From: a virus
Length of the DNA stretch: 51,259 bases
IMG/VR virus record: IMGVR_UViG_3300028706_000004
Direction: 5' to 3' (one strand)
The notes beneath the pieces were generated by a model. It searched no databases. It saw nothing but the letters and a program-made list of their open reading frames with translations, and was not told where the DNA came from. The position numbers and the translations under genes are program-made. Below are positions 19,058 through 27,682 of this stretch, piece by piece (position 1 is the stretch's first letter; each line of letters opens with the position of its first letter).

Positions 19058-19642
19058 ATGAAACTTGTAGATACTGAAACACCCAACCCGGATCGGTTCG
19101 CTCGCACAGCGGACGGAAAGATCGACTTTGACGCCTACGTCGGCCTAACGGCTGACTACCACGTCAATGACCTCGTGTTCCTGATGCGGATCGACGGCTC
19201 ACGCCAGCGATTTGGACATCTGGATCTCTTGGTCTCTCCTGCACAGGGTTCCGGCGATCGCTGGGTCGAACTGAAAAACTTAGTTATTCATAACGACCCC
19301 GGTAACAAGACCGTGACTCCCGTGAAACCTTCCGTCCCTACGACGGTCCACACAACTACGCGAATCGCTGGACCTATGCCGATTCCTTCACCATATGTCG
19401 CAGAGGTAGCAGAGATCGTTGAGGAAGAGGTGGCAGAAGTTGTTACCGTACCTTCCATACCTGCTCCGGCTCCGATTCCGGCTGCCAGCGTCAACTACGG
19501 CACCCATTGGACGGAAAGCACCAATTCGATAACCCCAGCGCCAGCTGAGGTTTCTACAGAAGTTGTGGAAGAGTCCACAGCGAGTGACATGGAAGTTCAA
19601 GTTGAGACCATTCTCAACGAAGACAGCCCTGTCATCAAGTAA
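19058..19642 (+). CDS. hypothetical protein with Pro/Glu/Thr low-complexity tail
   Basis: RBS GAGGAGG; promoter TTGTCA-17-TAGTCT at 18985-19013. Confidence 0.7.
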   Translation: MKLVDTETPNPDRFARTADGKIDFDAYVGLTADYHVNDLVFLMRIDGSRQRFGHLDLLVSPAQGSGDRWVELKNLVIHNDPGNKTVTPVKPSVPTTVHTTTRIAGPMPIPSPYVAEVAEIVEEEVAEVVTVPSIPAPAPIPAASVNYGTHWTESTNSITPAPAEVSTEVVEESTASDMEVQVETILNEDSPVIK

Positions 19643-19676
19643 CAGCGCCATCTCACACCTGCGGAGGTACTAAAAA

Positions 19677-19967
19677 ATGGCGAATGCAATCAAGATAAGG
19701 CTGGAGAACCCTCCCGACTCGAAGCGTGGTCGCCACGCAACAGCCGGAGCTATCCAGACCTACATCAAAACTCTTCGTGAGGAGCATCCCGGCCAGTGGG
19801 CCGTGTTGGACCGCAAGAAGAAGAACATCGCGTACTTGTACGCCCTCAAGAAACAGCATAAGGATCTTGAGGTAACCACCCGCAAGAACACCGACGGCAC
19901 CCATGGTGTCTGGCTCAAGGTTGGTAAGGAAATCAAGCGTCGGAAGACAGCTAAAGCTTCTGCCTAA
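19677..19967 (+). CDS. small basic protein, possibly DNA-binding
   Basis: RBS GGAGG; HPGQWAV; Lys-rich. Confidence 0.7.
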   Translation: MANAIKIRLENPPDSKRGRHATAGAIQTYIKTLREEHPGQWAVLDRKKKNIAYLYALKKQHKDLEVTTRKNTDGTHGVWLKVGKEIKRRKTAKASA

Positions 19968-19979
19968 CACCCAATACGA

Positions 19980-20037
19980 AGAGCCCTCTGGTGGTCGCCT
20001 CGTAAAAAAGGTCGACCCCTAGAGGGCTCCTCTATTT
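19980..20037. terminator. hairpin terminator between convergent genes
   Basis: GAGCCCTCTGG...CTAGAGGGCTC inverted repeat. Confidence 0.55.
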
Positions 20038-20174
20038 CCCACCAGCTACCCCAGAGCCGAAGCCCCGCTGTGCCAGTCGAGAAACTGGGGCGAGGGTTCG
20101 GTGCTTGCACTTGATTCGTAGCCTCTGGGAATCCGGCTAAGGATTCGGTTTGGGGTTACGGTGGTGGAAAGGGC

Positions 20175-20297
20175 TTACTTCTTGTCAGCTTTGGGAGCAG
20201 GCTTCTCTGCTTTCGCCGGGGCTGCGCCGTCGCTGTGACCGGACGTATCCATTTCTGTGCCTTCACCCATGGGGCTTGGCTGAGTTGCTTTTTTCAT
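20175..20297 (-). CDS. 40-aa Lys/Ala/Pro-rich microprotein
   Basis: MKKATQPSPMGEGTEMDTSGHSDGAAPAKAEKPAPKADKK; RBS AGGAG. Confidence 0.5.
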   Translation of the reverse strand: MKKATQPSPMGEGTEMDTSGHSDGAAPAKAEKPAPKADKK

Positions 20298-20440
20298 AGT
20301 GTCTCCTGAACCTTGTAGGACGTACCCATTTTAGCAGTCGTTACGCAAATCTTTTGTCAAGTGTTGTGACGACCTCGAATAACGGCTACGGTTGCCAATA
20401 CCGAGGGAAAACCCAGAAGGGGTAAACAGAAAGGCAACAC

Positions 20441-20935
20441 ATGAGCTTAAAGAGAAAGCTCGACGACGAAACTATTAACGGTATACACCATAAGGCATGG
20501 GATAAAGAGATCGAGAGGTATGGGTCAGCTATAGCTATTCCCAAAGAAAAGGCAGACCTCATCGCCGAACGTGACCGTGCAATGTATTGCTTACAGGTGT
20601 GGATTCGCAAGGGCGAGCAGGGGTCGGTCTACGCTCACCTCTATCCCTACAGCCTTCGACTGGGAACACTTGAATGGGTAATCAAGAAGTTCTGCGAAAA
20701 AGACGACCTGACTCCACCTGAGAAGCGCAAAAAAAACCAGAAGGCCCGCTGGCGGGACTTGGAAGCTCACGCCGTCCAACATGTGTGCGAGCAGTTCACT
20801 ACCGCTGAACTCGCTGAGATAAGCGGATTCGGCGCACAGACCGTTGTTAAATGGCTTGCGACCAGCCGTCACTACAACAAGATCAAGCGTGGGCTCTATG
20901 AGGCTCGCGACCCCCACAAGAAGAGCTCAGATTAA
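20441..20935 (+). CDS. hypothetical protein with C-terminal winged-HTH-like region
   Basis: FTTAELAEISGFGAQTVVKWL...KIKRGLY; promoter TTGTGA-17-TACGGT at 20364-20392. Confidence 0.65.
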   Translation: MSLKRKLDDETINGIHHKAWDKEIERYGSAIAIPKEKADLIAERDRAMYCLQVWIRKGEQGSVYAHLYPYSLRLGTLEWVIKKFCEKDDLTPPEKRKKNQKARWRDLEAHAVQHVCEQFTTAELAEISGFGAQTVVKWLATSRHYNKIKRGLYEARDPHKKSSD

Positions 20936-20956
20936 TTTGGGTGATGTTGCATCCGA

Positions 20957-20987
20957 GGTTGCCTCACGGCTTTATTACGGATACCAT
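20957..20987 (+). promoter_or_regulatory. early-type promoter
   Basis: GG-TTGCCT-cacggctTTATTACGGA-TACCAT. Confidence 0.7.
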
Positions 20988-21037
20988 TCCCCTTGGTGGC
21001 AACAACGCCACTATCACTACTACTAACAAAGGCAGTT

Positions 21038-21769
21038 ATGACTACTACAGACTCCGACGGAAACGTCGTACTTCCTGAGTGCTGGCAAACACTTGAGGAT
21101 TCACTCAACGCTGGTATCGACCGGATCGTACTTTTCGGTCCCCCGGGTACCGGCAAGACCTTCGCTGGTCTCACCTTCGGCGACACGTCAGCAGGTGCGT
21201 TCCGCATGGTATGCACAGAGGACATGACCAATGGTGATGTCACTGGCTCATTCATGCCCAACTCCAACGGCTCATTCTCATGGGTCGCCGGAGCCGCGCT
21301 CAAGGCGTGGGAAGGCGACGGTGTGCGTGGCGGTCGACTCATCGCTGATGAGATCGACAAGGCTGGTGGCGACGTAGCCGCGAACCTTCTCGCCATGCTT
21401 GACGGTGAGGACTCCGCTTCATGGGAGCATCCTGAGACCCATCGCATCCACCGTCCCCGTCAGGGTTTCTCAGCCGTGATGACGACGAACATTGAGAACA
21501 TGGAAGAGTTGCCTCCGGCACTACTTGACCGGTTCCCTGTTCGGGTGCGTATCGATCAGCCCCATCCCGACGCTCTGCAGCGGATCTCCCGTGACCTGCG
21601 TGGGATCGCCGTGTCGCTGGCCGACGCTGGCTCCCGACGGGTTTCCATGAGAACGCTGATGGCGTTCGACAAGATCCGTAAGGTCCATGACGAAGAGAGG
21701 GCTGCAACCATCGTGTTCGGCGATCGTGCAGAGGACATTCTGGACGGCATGAAAGTGGAGCGAGTCTGA
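21038..21769 (+). CDS. MoxR/CbbQ-type AAA+ ATPase
   Basis: Walker A GPPGTGKT, Walker B IADEID, MTTN sensor, ALLDRF. Confidence 0.9.
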   Translation: MTTTDSDGNVVLPECWQTLEDSLNAGIDRIVLFGPPGTGKTFAGLTFGDTSAGAFRMVCTEDMTNGDVTGSFMPNSNGSFSWVAGAALKAWEGDGVRGGRLIADEIDKAGGDVAANLLAMLDGEDSASWEHPETHRIHRPRQGFSAVMTTNIENMEELPPALLDRFPVRVRIDQPHPDALQRISRDLRGIAVSLADAGSRRVSMRTLMAFDKIRKVHDEERAATIVFGDRAEDILDGMKVERV

Positions 21770-23274
21770 TGGCTCTCCACTCGCCCGAACCTGAGATCCT
21801 GACCCGTGGGGACACGGAGCCGGGTCGCTGGGAGGTAGAGGATTGCCCACCTAAGCGTGGACTGCCTCATACCGACATTGTGAATCGGCGCATGGTCTCG
21901 CCCGGTGACGACTCAGAGATGAGTCGGGTCATCCGTGCCCATGAGATGATGCATGCCAAAGTCTCTCCGGCTGATGAATGGCCGAAGTGGATTGCCCGTG
22001 GCATCGCCAGTAAGCAGGGCATGGAAGCCGTTGAAGAACTACGGGTGAACCTGTTGTGCCAGAAGGCTGGCTTCAACATGAAGGAACACCTGTCTGACGA
22101 CGGCGAGACCTACGACGGCGAGCGCATCGGTGCCAACACTGATTGGGCTGGTGCTGTCTACATGACCATCGCTTGCGCTGGCACGGCATCGCTCAAGAAG
22201 TACCTGACTGGCATCCGGCGTAACAACCGGCTGTGGGGCAAGGCGCTCAAGAGGATCGCTACCAGAGCCGAACGTGAGATGGGCAACTACTACAACCACG
22301 ACAACCTCGCTTCCACTGAGATCCATGAGGACTCCGGTCTCGCCCCCTACGGCATGTTCTTCACAGAGAGCATCGCCGAATGGATCGACAGGATAGCTGC
22401 ATCACCACCACCCGAACCAGAGCCGGTGGCTGTCGTCCCTAAAGACGACGCAGAGGCCGACGAGGCTGATGAGGGTGACGAAGATGCCGATGAGGTCGAA
22501 GGCAGAAGCCACTCCAACATCGGAGTAACGGACCCTGTGAAGTTTGAGAGGTGGGAGGAACGACTCAAGTCGGTCACTCACGAACGGGTGGGTGGCTACA
22601 AGGGGATTCCCTGCTGGGAAGAACTACGGATCGGCGCACAACAACTCTCCATCCACGCTCCCGGGTCAATCGGCAAAAAGAGGATTCCTGCCAATACTGG
22701 TAAGCACCCTCGCCGACTCCACCGGCTGCTCACCGATCCCGAACGTCGAATCTTCGACCGGACGATCCATGGACGTGGTGGCGTAGTCGTAATCGACTGC
22801 TCCGGCTCCATGAGCCTGTCTGTTGAAGAGATCAAAGAGATCCTGTCGGCTGCACCGGGAGCAACAATCCTTGGCTACTCCGATCTTGGCAACGAGGGCA
22901 CGAACGCCTACATCCTTGCTCACAAGGGCAAGATGGTTGCGGAGATCCCGAAGATGGGTGGAGGCAACGGAGTCGATCATCCTGCTCTGGAATGGGGCAT
23001 CAAGGCAAAACAACGCCCAACCAGTCCGGTGATCTTCATTACTGACGGAGGTGTCTGTGGCAAGAACTCTGGATTCATCGACGCTCTGGCCATGCAATGC
23101 ATCAAGACGATCATCAGGAACAACGTGCTGGTCTACGAACACGTCGAAGATAGCGTCAAGGCGCTCAAGGCGATGAGTCGTGGCGAGAAGCCAGTACGAA
23201 ACTGGCCCTACATGTTCAAGAGCGTCTGGTATCGCCAGATGGGAACCCGACTCACGGTGAACACAGGGCTATGA
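21769..23274 (+). CDS. vWA (MIDAS) protein with N-terminal HExxH metallopeptidase-like domain; MoxR partner
   Basis: AHEMMH, acidic linker, DCSGSM, ITDG; translationally coupled to the ATPase. Confidence 0.85.
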   Translation: MALHSPEPEILTRGDTEPGRWEVEDCPPKRGLPHTDIVNRRMVSPGDDSEMSRVIRAHEMMHAKVSPADEWPKWIARGIASKQGMEAVEELRVNLLCQKAGFNMKEHLSDDGETYDGERIGANTDWAGAVYMTIACAGTASLKKYLTGIRRNNRLWGKALKRIATRAEREMGNYYNHDNLASTEIHEDSGLAPYGMFFTESIAEWIDRIAASPPPEPEPVAVVPKDDAEADEADEGDEDADEVEGRSHSNIGVTDPVKFERWEERLKSVTHERVGGYKGIPCWEELRIGAQQLSIHAPGSIGKKRIPANTGKHPRRLHRLLTDPERRIFDRTIHGRGGVVVIDCSGSMSLSVEEIKEILSAAPGATILGYSDLGNEGTNAYILAHKGKMVAEIPKMGGGNGVDHPALEWGIKAKQRPTSPVIFITDGGVCGKNSGFIDALAMQCIKTIIRNNVLVYEHVEDSVKALKAMSRGEKPVRNWPYMFKSVWYRQMGTRLTVNTGL

Positions 23275-23353
23275 CGGTCGGCTGGTGGGATGTTCCTGCC
23301 TTTCATCCCATCAGTCTTATGAAGGACTGGCGCCGGGTGTTTCCGGCCCGGCG

Positions 23354-23578
23354 TCAGTTCTTCCTCCTACCGAACAGGGCAACGTTCCACATTTTGAGGG
23401 CAATGTAGATGGCTGCTATCCCTGCGGCAGCGTGCCAAGAAAGTGAGTTTTCAGCAAGCTGTGAGCTGTCGAGCAGCTTCGCAAAAAGCCAAAAACCGAG
23501 CGCGTGTATTAGAACCGTGAAGACGAAACCCAAACAAACGGCAGCTGGGCTCTCGGTATTAGGCGTTTTCAGTGACAA
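23354..23578 (-). CDS. small membrane protein (2 TM)
   Basis: Two hydrophobic stretches. Confidence 0.6.
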   Translation of the reverse strand: MSLKTPNTESPAAVCLGFVFTVLIHALGFWLFAKLLDSSQLAENSLSWHAAAGIAAIYIALKMWNVALFGRRKN

Positions 23579-23927
23579 TTTGGTGCACCCTCTGTCTGCT
23601 CAGGCCGAACGTGTCGGCAATTTGGGACAAGGACTGTCCTCGAAGACGAGCTTGTCTGATGTTCTTGTCTCTGTTCTCTTTTCTGGGAGGCCCGGGACGC
23701 AACGGTCCCCACTCCCAACCGGGGAACATCTCCAAAGAACGCACCCTCTCAGGAGGAAGCTCTCCCCTACGTTTCCTCTGGCGGGTGTAGTTTGCCCAAT
23801 TGCCAAGAGTGAGCCTTTCCTCATCCAGAACTTCCACATGGATTGCCGGGACTTTGACGTGTCCTTCTCGCAGTCGGAACTGGTTGAGCGCCCGAATGTA
23901 CAAAAGGAATCTTTGATCGTGATTCAT
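23559..23927 (-). CDS. helicase-associated (HA) domain fused to a sigma70-region-4-like HTH
   Basis: ALNQFRLREGHVKVP...LGNW...QR...L..ERVRSL..PGWEW, then SLSQIADTFGLSRQRVHQI. Confidence 0.8.
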   Translation of the reverse strand: MNHDQRFLLYIRALNQFRLREGHVKVPAIHVEVLDEERLTLGNWANYTRQRKRRGELPPERVRSLEMFPGWEWGPLRPGPPRKENRDKNIRQARLRGQSLSQIADTFGLSRQRVHQIVTENA

Positions 23928-23994
23928 AACGTCTACAATAGTGGGAGAAATCTCGTGAAGCAACCCGAGTTCCTAGCTACGGTGGTGGAAAGCA

Positions 23995-24435
23995 ATGGAT
24001 GAAGAGTTCGATGAGCAGCAAATGATGGATTTCATCAATTCTCTACCAAAAGAACAGAAAGATCAGCTGCACGAGCTCCTCAACGTCCTTGTATACGAAC
24101 TATTCAGTACAACCAATAAGGAACAAGACGTTGTCTTCTGCGGTTCGAACGGAACAAGTGTAATTAAATGCTTAAACGCATCGAGGAGCTCCCTTGGTGA
24201 AGACGGCCCAGTTCTCTTGCCTTCCTCTAATCCAACTGTTATCTTGTTTGCTGTGGCGACGGAATATCTCCAAGAGACGGTAGAAAGCTACAAAAATCTC
24301 TACCCCGACCCAGAGCTCTGCGAAAAGGAATGGCAAAAGTTCTTTGATTCCCTAGCTACCCAAGCATCCCAGCTGGCCGATTCGGCTGAACCCGCTAGAT
24401 GGGAACAGTTATTAGATGTAGGGCATAACGAGTGA
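23995..24435 (+). CDS. hypothetical protein
   Basis: 146 aa; coupled to the next gene. Confidence 0.65.
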   Translation: MDEEFDEQQMMDFINSLPKEQKDQLHELLNVLVYELFSTTNKEQDVVFCGSNGTSVIKCLNASRSSLGEDGPVLLPSSNPTVILFAVATEYLQETVESYKNLYPDPELCEKEWQKFFDSLATQASQLADSAEPARWEQLLDVGHNE

Positions 24436-25049
24436 TTGGACCAAAAGGCATGCGTGTCCCCGCAGGCTCTTGGGAAGACTCGTGCGAAAACAAGCTTTTA
24501 CACAGTTTTCGCAGGTCACCCGGAGCTGCAGAACAATCCAAAAAAAGTGAAGATTCCGCTGCCAGCACTGTAGCTAGCACCTCCGAAAAACAACTTTCCG
24601 ACTCCGATCAGCTTCAGCAAATTCGCCAAAAGGTCGACCTTCTGATTAATGAATACTTGGGTTCTGCAGGCCCGGGGGGTGGCACACGAGATGCCTATTC
24701 TCCAGTTTTTGAACAGATCTGGGAATACCTAGCTGCCTCGGCTTGCGAAGTACTTCAAGACCGGGGAGCTCTACCCGGTAGCCCCGTCGCGGCAGCCCAC
24801 GAAGTGGCACAGCTTCTCGTGCGCAAACAACGAGACTACGGCACTGAGAACATCTCCCGCTTTGGGCGCATTGGCCTCATGATTCGAATGCACGACAAGG
24901 TCGCTCGATTGGAGCACCTCGCCGAGCTGCGGGGCTCCGGGGGGGTACCTGAGAACGAATCGATAGATGACAACCTCATGGACGTGATCGGCTATAGCAC
25001 GATCGGCCTCATGTGGGAAGATCAGACTTTCTTCATCCCCCTGAAGTGA
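24432..25049 (+). CDS. DUF1599 / nucleotide-modification-associated domain 1 protein
   Basis: KQRDYG...RMHDKVARL...ESIDDNLMDVIGY. Confidence 0.8.
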   Translation: MIGPKGMRVPAGSWEDSCENKLLHSFRRSPGAAEQSKKSEDSAASTVASTSEKQLSDSDQLQQIRQKVDLLINEYLGSAGPGGGTRDAYSPVFEQIWEYLAASACEVLQDRGALPGSPVAAAHEVAQLLVRKQRDYGTENISRFGRIGLMIRMHDKVARLEHLAELRGSGGVPENESIDDNLMDVIGYSTIGLMWEDQTFFIPLK

Positions 25050-25293
25050 GAATAATTCTCAAAAGTCTTCTGCAGAAAAGCTAGTTTTCCACAAAGTGCG
25101 TTTTTCGCACTGACGGTGGTGGAAAGGGAGAGCTCCGGGCGCCGATGCCACCTGCAAACCACACAGCACCCAGAACTCGATCCCCATTCAGCCCGACGAA
25201 GGAAAGGAGACTTCGGTCGGTCAAATAAATAATACCATACGCCTGCAAATACAGGGCTCGGCGGTGCTATCGAAAACTTTTTGATATTTTGAC

Positions 25294-25322
25294 TTGCGCA
25301 GCTGCGCGAACTGATGTAGTGT
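25294..25322 (+). promoter_or_regulatory. promoter with overlapping palindrome (possible operator)
   Basis: TTGCGC-17-TAGTGT; perfect palindrome GCGCAGCTGCGC at 25296-25307. Confidence 0.45.
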
Positions 25323-25548
25323 CAAGGACGAGCAATTAGAGGTACCTCACCTTCATAGCCACCTACACCTTGTAAATACAAGTTCTGCGGAAGCCTGCCC
25401 CAAAATAAGTTTGGGCATTTCTAAAGGTTCCCCCAGACCCCCTCCAAAGAGGGACAAAGGGATTTACATTGAATAAATGTAGAAGGAACCGATTAGTTTT
25501 CCTTCAACGCGGTGGAAATCAGCTATGGTCATGAATATACTGAAATCC

Positions 25549-25941
25549 ATGGATCAGCTGACTATCACAGGGGAGCTCGTGGCCACTAAGAAAACACGAG
25601 GACCTTCGAAGCTCACCCGCCAGCAGCTGGCAAAAGCCGAAAAAGTACCTGAAGCCGAAGTCCAAGAGCTTTATGAGTACTGGTGCTCAACGATGCGTCC
25701 GGGGAAGAAGCGGGTTCCAGCTCTCGATGCCAAGAGATGGCTTAAGGTTGCCAGTGCTATCGCCGACTATGGGGTCGAGGAATGCAAGCTTGCTGTCGAC
25801 GGTTGCGCAACCAGCGATTTCCATATGGGGCGGAATAAGCAGAATAAGCGCTACGACGATATTGAGTTGATCTTCCGGGATCAGGACCACGTCGAGCGGT
25901 TTTTAAGCTATGTGCGGGACGCCGGGGGTGATAGCTGGTGA
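25549..25941 (+). CDS. phage replication-initiator C-terminal-like protein
   Basis: ELYEYW...R...I...YGVEECKLAVDGC..SDFHMG.N...YDDIELIFR...VERFL; TATACT 7 nt before ATG. Confidence 0.65.
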   Translation: MDQLTITGELVATKKTRGPSKLTRQQLAKAEKVPEAEVQELYEYWCSTMRPGKKRVPALDAKRWLKVASAIADYGVEECKLAVDGCATSDFHMGRNKQNKRYDDIELIFRDQDHVERFLSYVRDAGGDSW

Positions 25942-26438
25942 CTAAGGCTGAGTTGGCACAGTTGGTACGGTTGGTGTATGCGTCGTTTAATCGGGATTTG
26001 TTGCCTTCGGAGGAGAAGGTGATCTTTGCTGCTTGGTGGGCACTCCTGCAGGATTTACCCGAAAAAGAAACCCGAAAAGAACTCACCACTCTTTGTACCC
26101 TACAAAAGTACATGCCGAATCCGGGGGCATTGCGGCGTCAGTACTTTAAAACCCGAATAAAAAACCCGCCACCAACATCCCAACAAATGTGGAGCTATCT
26201 ACAAGACCTTATAAGGAGCAAGCACTCCGGTGTCCCACTAAAACTCCCGAAAGAAATATCCGAACACGAATGTGTTCAAAACACCATGTCCGAACTCGGG
26301 GCTTCCGCCTATTCCATGAACACGAACGGCGATCGCCAATTCGTGCTCGAAGCCTACCAAAGACACGTCGAAAGCTGGCAAGAGACAGCGTTCAGTGTGA
26401 CGGTGGTGGAAAGGAACGATTCAGATGATGAAACGTAA
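25938..26438 (+). CDS. helicase loader/inhibitor (G39P-like) protein
   Basis: MTKAELAQLV...AWWALLQDL...KYMPNPGALR...W; directly after the initiator-like gene. Confidence 0.6.
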   Translation: MTKAELAQLVRLVYASFNRDLLPSEEKVIFAAWWALLQDLPEKETRKELTTLCTLQKYMPNPGALRRQYFKTRIKNPPPTSQQMWSYLQDLIRSKHSGVPLKLPKEISEHECVQNTMSELGASAYSMNTNGDRQFVLEAYQRHVESWQETAFSVTVVERNDSDDET

Positions 26439-26595
26439 CGTAGGACGGCCACCAGTCGTACCAAACGGCGGCAAATCGTCCATAACCATGAAGGTGCCTG
26501 CTGAATTCAAACAGACAGTGCTAGACCAAGCCGCCGCCTACGGAATGACCATCACCGAATACATCCAAACGCTAGTAGAACGCGATGCCAGCTAA
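26428..26595 (+). CDS. ribbon-helix-helix DNA-binding protein (55 aa)
   Basis: Hand translation MKRNVGRPP...SITMKVPAEFKQTVLDQAAAYGMTITEYIQTLVERDAS; not in the ORF track. Confidence 0.7.
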   Translation: MKRNVGRPPVVPNGGKSSITMKVPAEFKQTVLDQAAAYGMTITEYIQTLVERDAS

Positions 26596-26929
26596 CGCCA
26601 AGCCCGCAAAATACCCATCACGCCTCTACAACATCGTGCTCCGGGTAACAGGAAAAGAAAAAAACAAAATCCTAAAAGCGGCAAAGAAAGAAAACCTCTC
26701 CCTAAGCGAATACATCAAATACTGCGTATGGGTAACAATGCGTAACGAACAAGGTATTCCGCCTCCTACAACGACAAAAATCGAGCTGCCAACAATTGAC
26801 GCGCATTTGCGGGCATATTTGAGGGGTGAGAACCTTCTTCAGCCTTGTGGTGAGGTGGAGTGTGACATGGTGGTGGAAACGTTTGGGGTTATGAAGGTTT
26901 GTGCTACTTGTAATTTGAGGGTAGGCTGA
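26585..26929 (+). CDS. RHH protein with C-terminal Zn ribbon
   Basis: IVLRVTGKEKNKILKAAKKENLSLSEYI...CGEVEC...CATC. Confidence 0.7.
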   Translation: MPANAKPAKYPSRLYNIVLRVTGKEKNKILKAAKKENLSLSEYIKYCVWVTMRNEQGIPPPTTTKIELPTIDAHLRAYLRGENLLQPCGEVECDMVVETFGVMKVCATCNLRVG

Positions 26930-26934
26930 TCCTT

Positions 26935-27387
26935 ATGGCTGTTACTTATCATGAGGAGACTTCACTGTTTGAGTTGCCTGCTGATGGCTTTTGTCATGGT
27001 GTGAATACTCGGGGGAGTATTGGTGGTTTGGCTGCTGATGTGTTTGGGCGTCTTCCTGATATGAAGGAGGTCTATAAGATGGCCTGTCTTCAGGGGACGT
27101 TTGAGGGTGGAGACATCTTCCCTTGTGATTTCGAGACGTTTTGGGTGTATAACCTGTTTTCTCAGGCGGAGCCGGGTGCTAATGCGAAGCTGGGGTTTTT
27201 GGCGGATGCTTTGGCGAAGATGCGGGATCACATGAAGGAGAATGAGGTGAAGACTATGAATATTCCTCAGATTGGTTGTGGTATTGGGGGGTTGGAGTGG
27301 TCTGAGGTGAAGGGGGTCATCGAGGATGTGTTTGGTCCTGATGATGCGGTGATTTTGCAGGTGGTTACGCAAACCACATTTGACTGA
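26935..27387 (+). CDS. macrodomain ADP-ribose hydrolase (TARG1/DarG-like)
   Basis: HGVNTRGSIGGLA...VYNLFSQ...IPQIGCGIGGLEWSEV. Confidence 0.85.
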   Translation: MAVTYHEETSLFELPADGFCHGVNTRGSIGGLAADVFGRLPDMKEVYKMACLQGTFEGGDIFPCDFETFWVYNLFSQAEPGANAKLGFLADALAKMRDHMKENEVKTMNIPQIGCGIGGLEWSEVKGVIEDVFGPDDAVILQVVTQTTFD

Positions 27388-27682
27388 GGGTTGGTCTTGT
27401 TGGTTTGACGCCTCGTCGTTTTTGTTCTGCTGCGAGTTGTCTTGAGGTCATTCCGGCCCATACTCCGTGCATGTCTGCAGGTGGGTATTCGAGGGCGTAT
27501 TCTAGGCAGGGTTTTTTTTGGGGGCAGTTTTCGCAGAGGGCTCTTGCTTCGGCTATGTAAGTAATATCCTTGTGTTCCTTGGGGAACATGAGGTGGGTTT
27601 GTCCTTTACAGTTTCCTTCGTCCATCCACTTGTATCGGTGTATAGCTAGTGGGTTAGTGGGTGGGTCTTTTTTCTCGGACAT
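27365..27682 (-). CDS. whiB: WhiB family Fe-S transcription regulator
   Basis: W...C...FP...ARALCENCPQKKPCLEYAL...HGVWAG. Confidence 0.92.
   Translation of the reverse strand: MSEKKDPPTNPLAIHRYKWMDEGNCKGQTHLMFPKEHKDITYIAEARALCENCPQKKPCLEYALEYPPADMHGVWAGMTSRQLAAEQKRRGVKPTRPTLSQMWFA

Noticed and set aside
21038-23274. cobS/cobT cobalamin auxiliary metabolic genes
   Set aside because: Only generic MoxR and vWA motifs are visible, with no CobN or other cobalamin genes.
12653-26413. Polar 14-mer as an E. coli Chi site or merely an RBS
   Set aside because: It differs from GCTGGTGG and the host appears actinobacterial; only two copies precede a + strand start codon.
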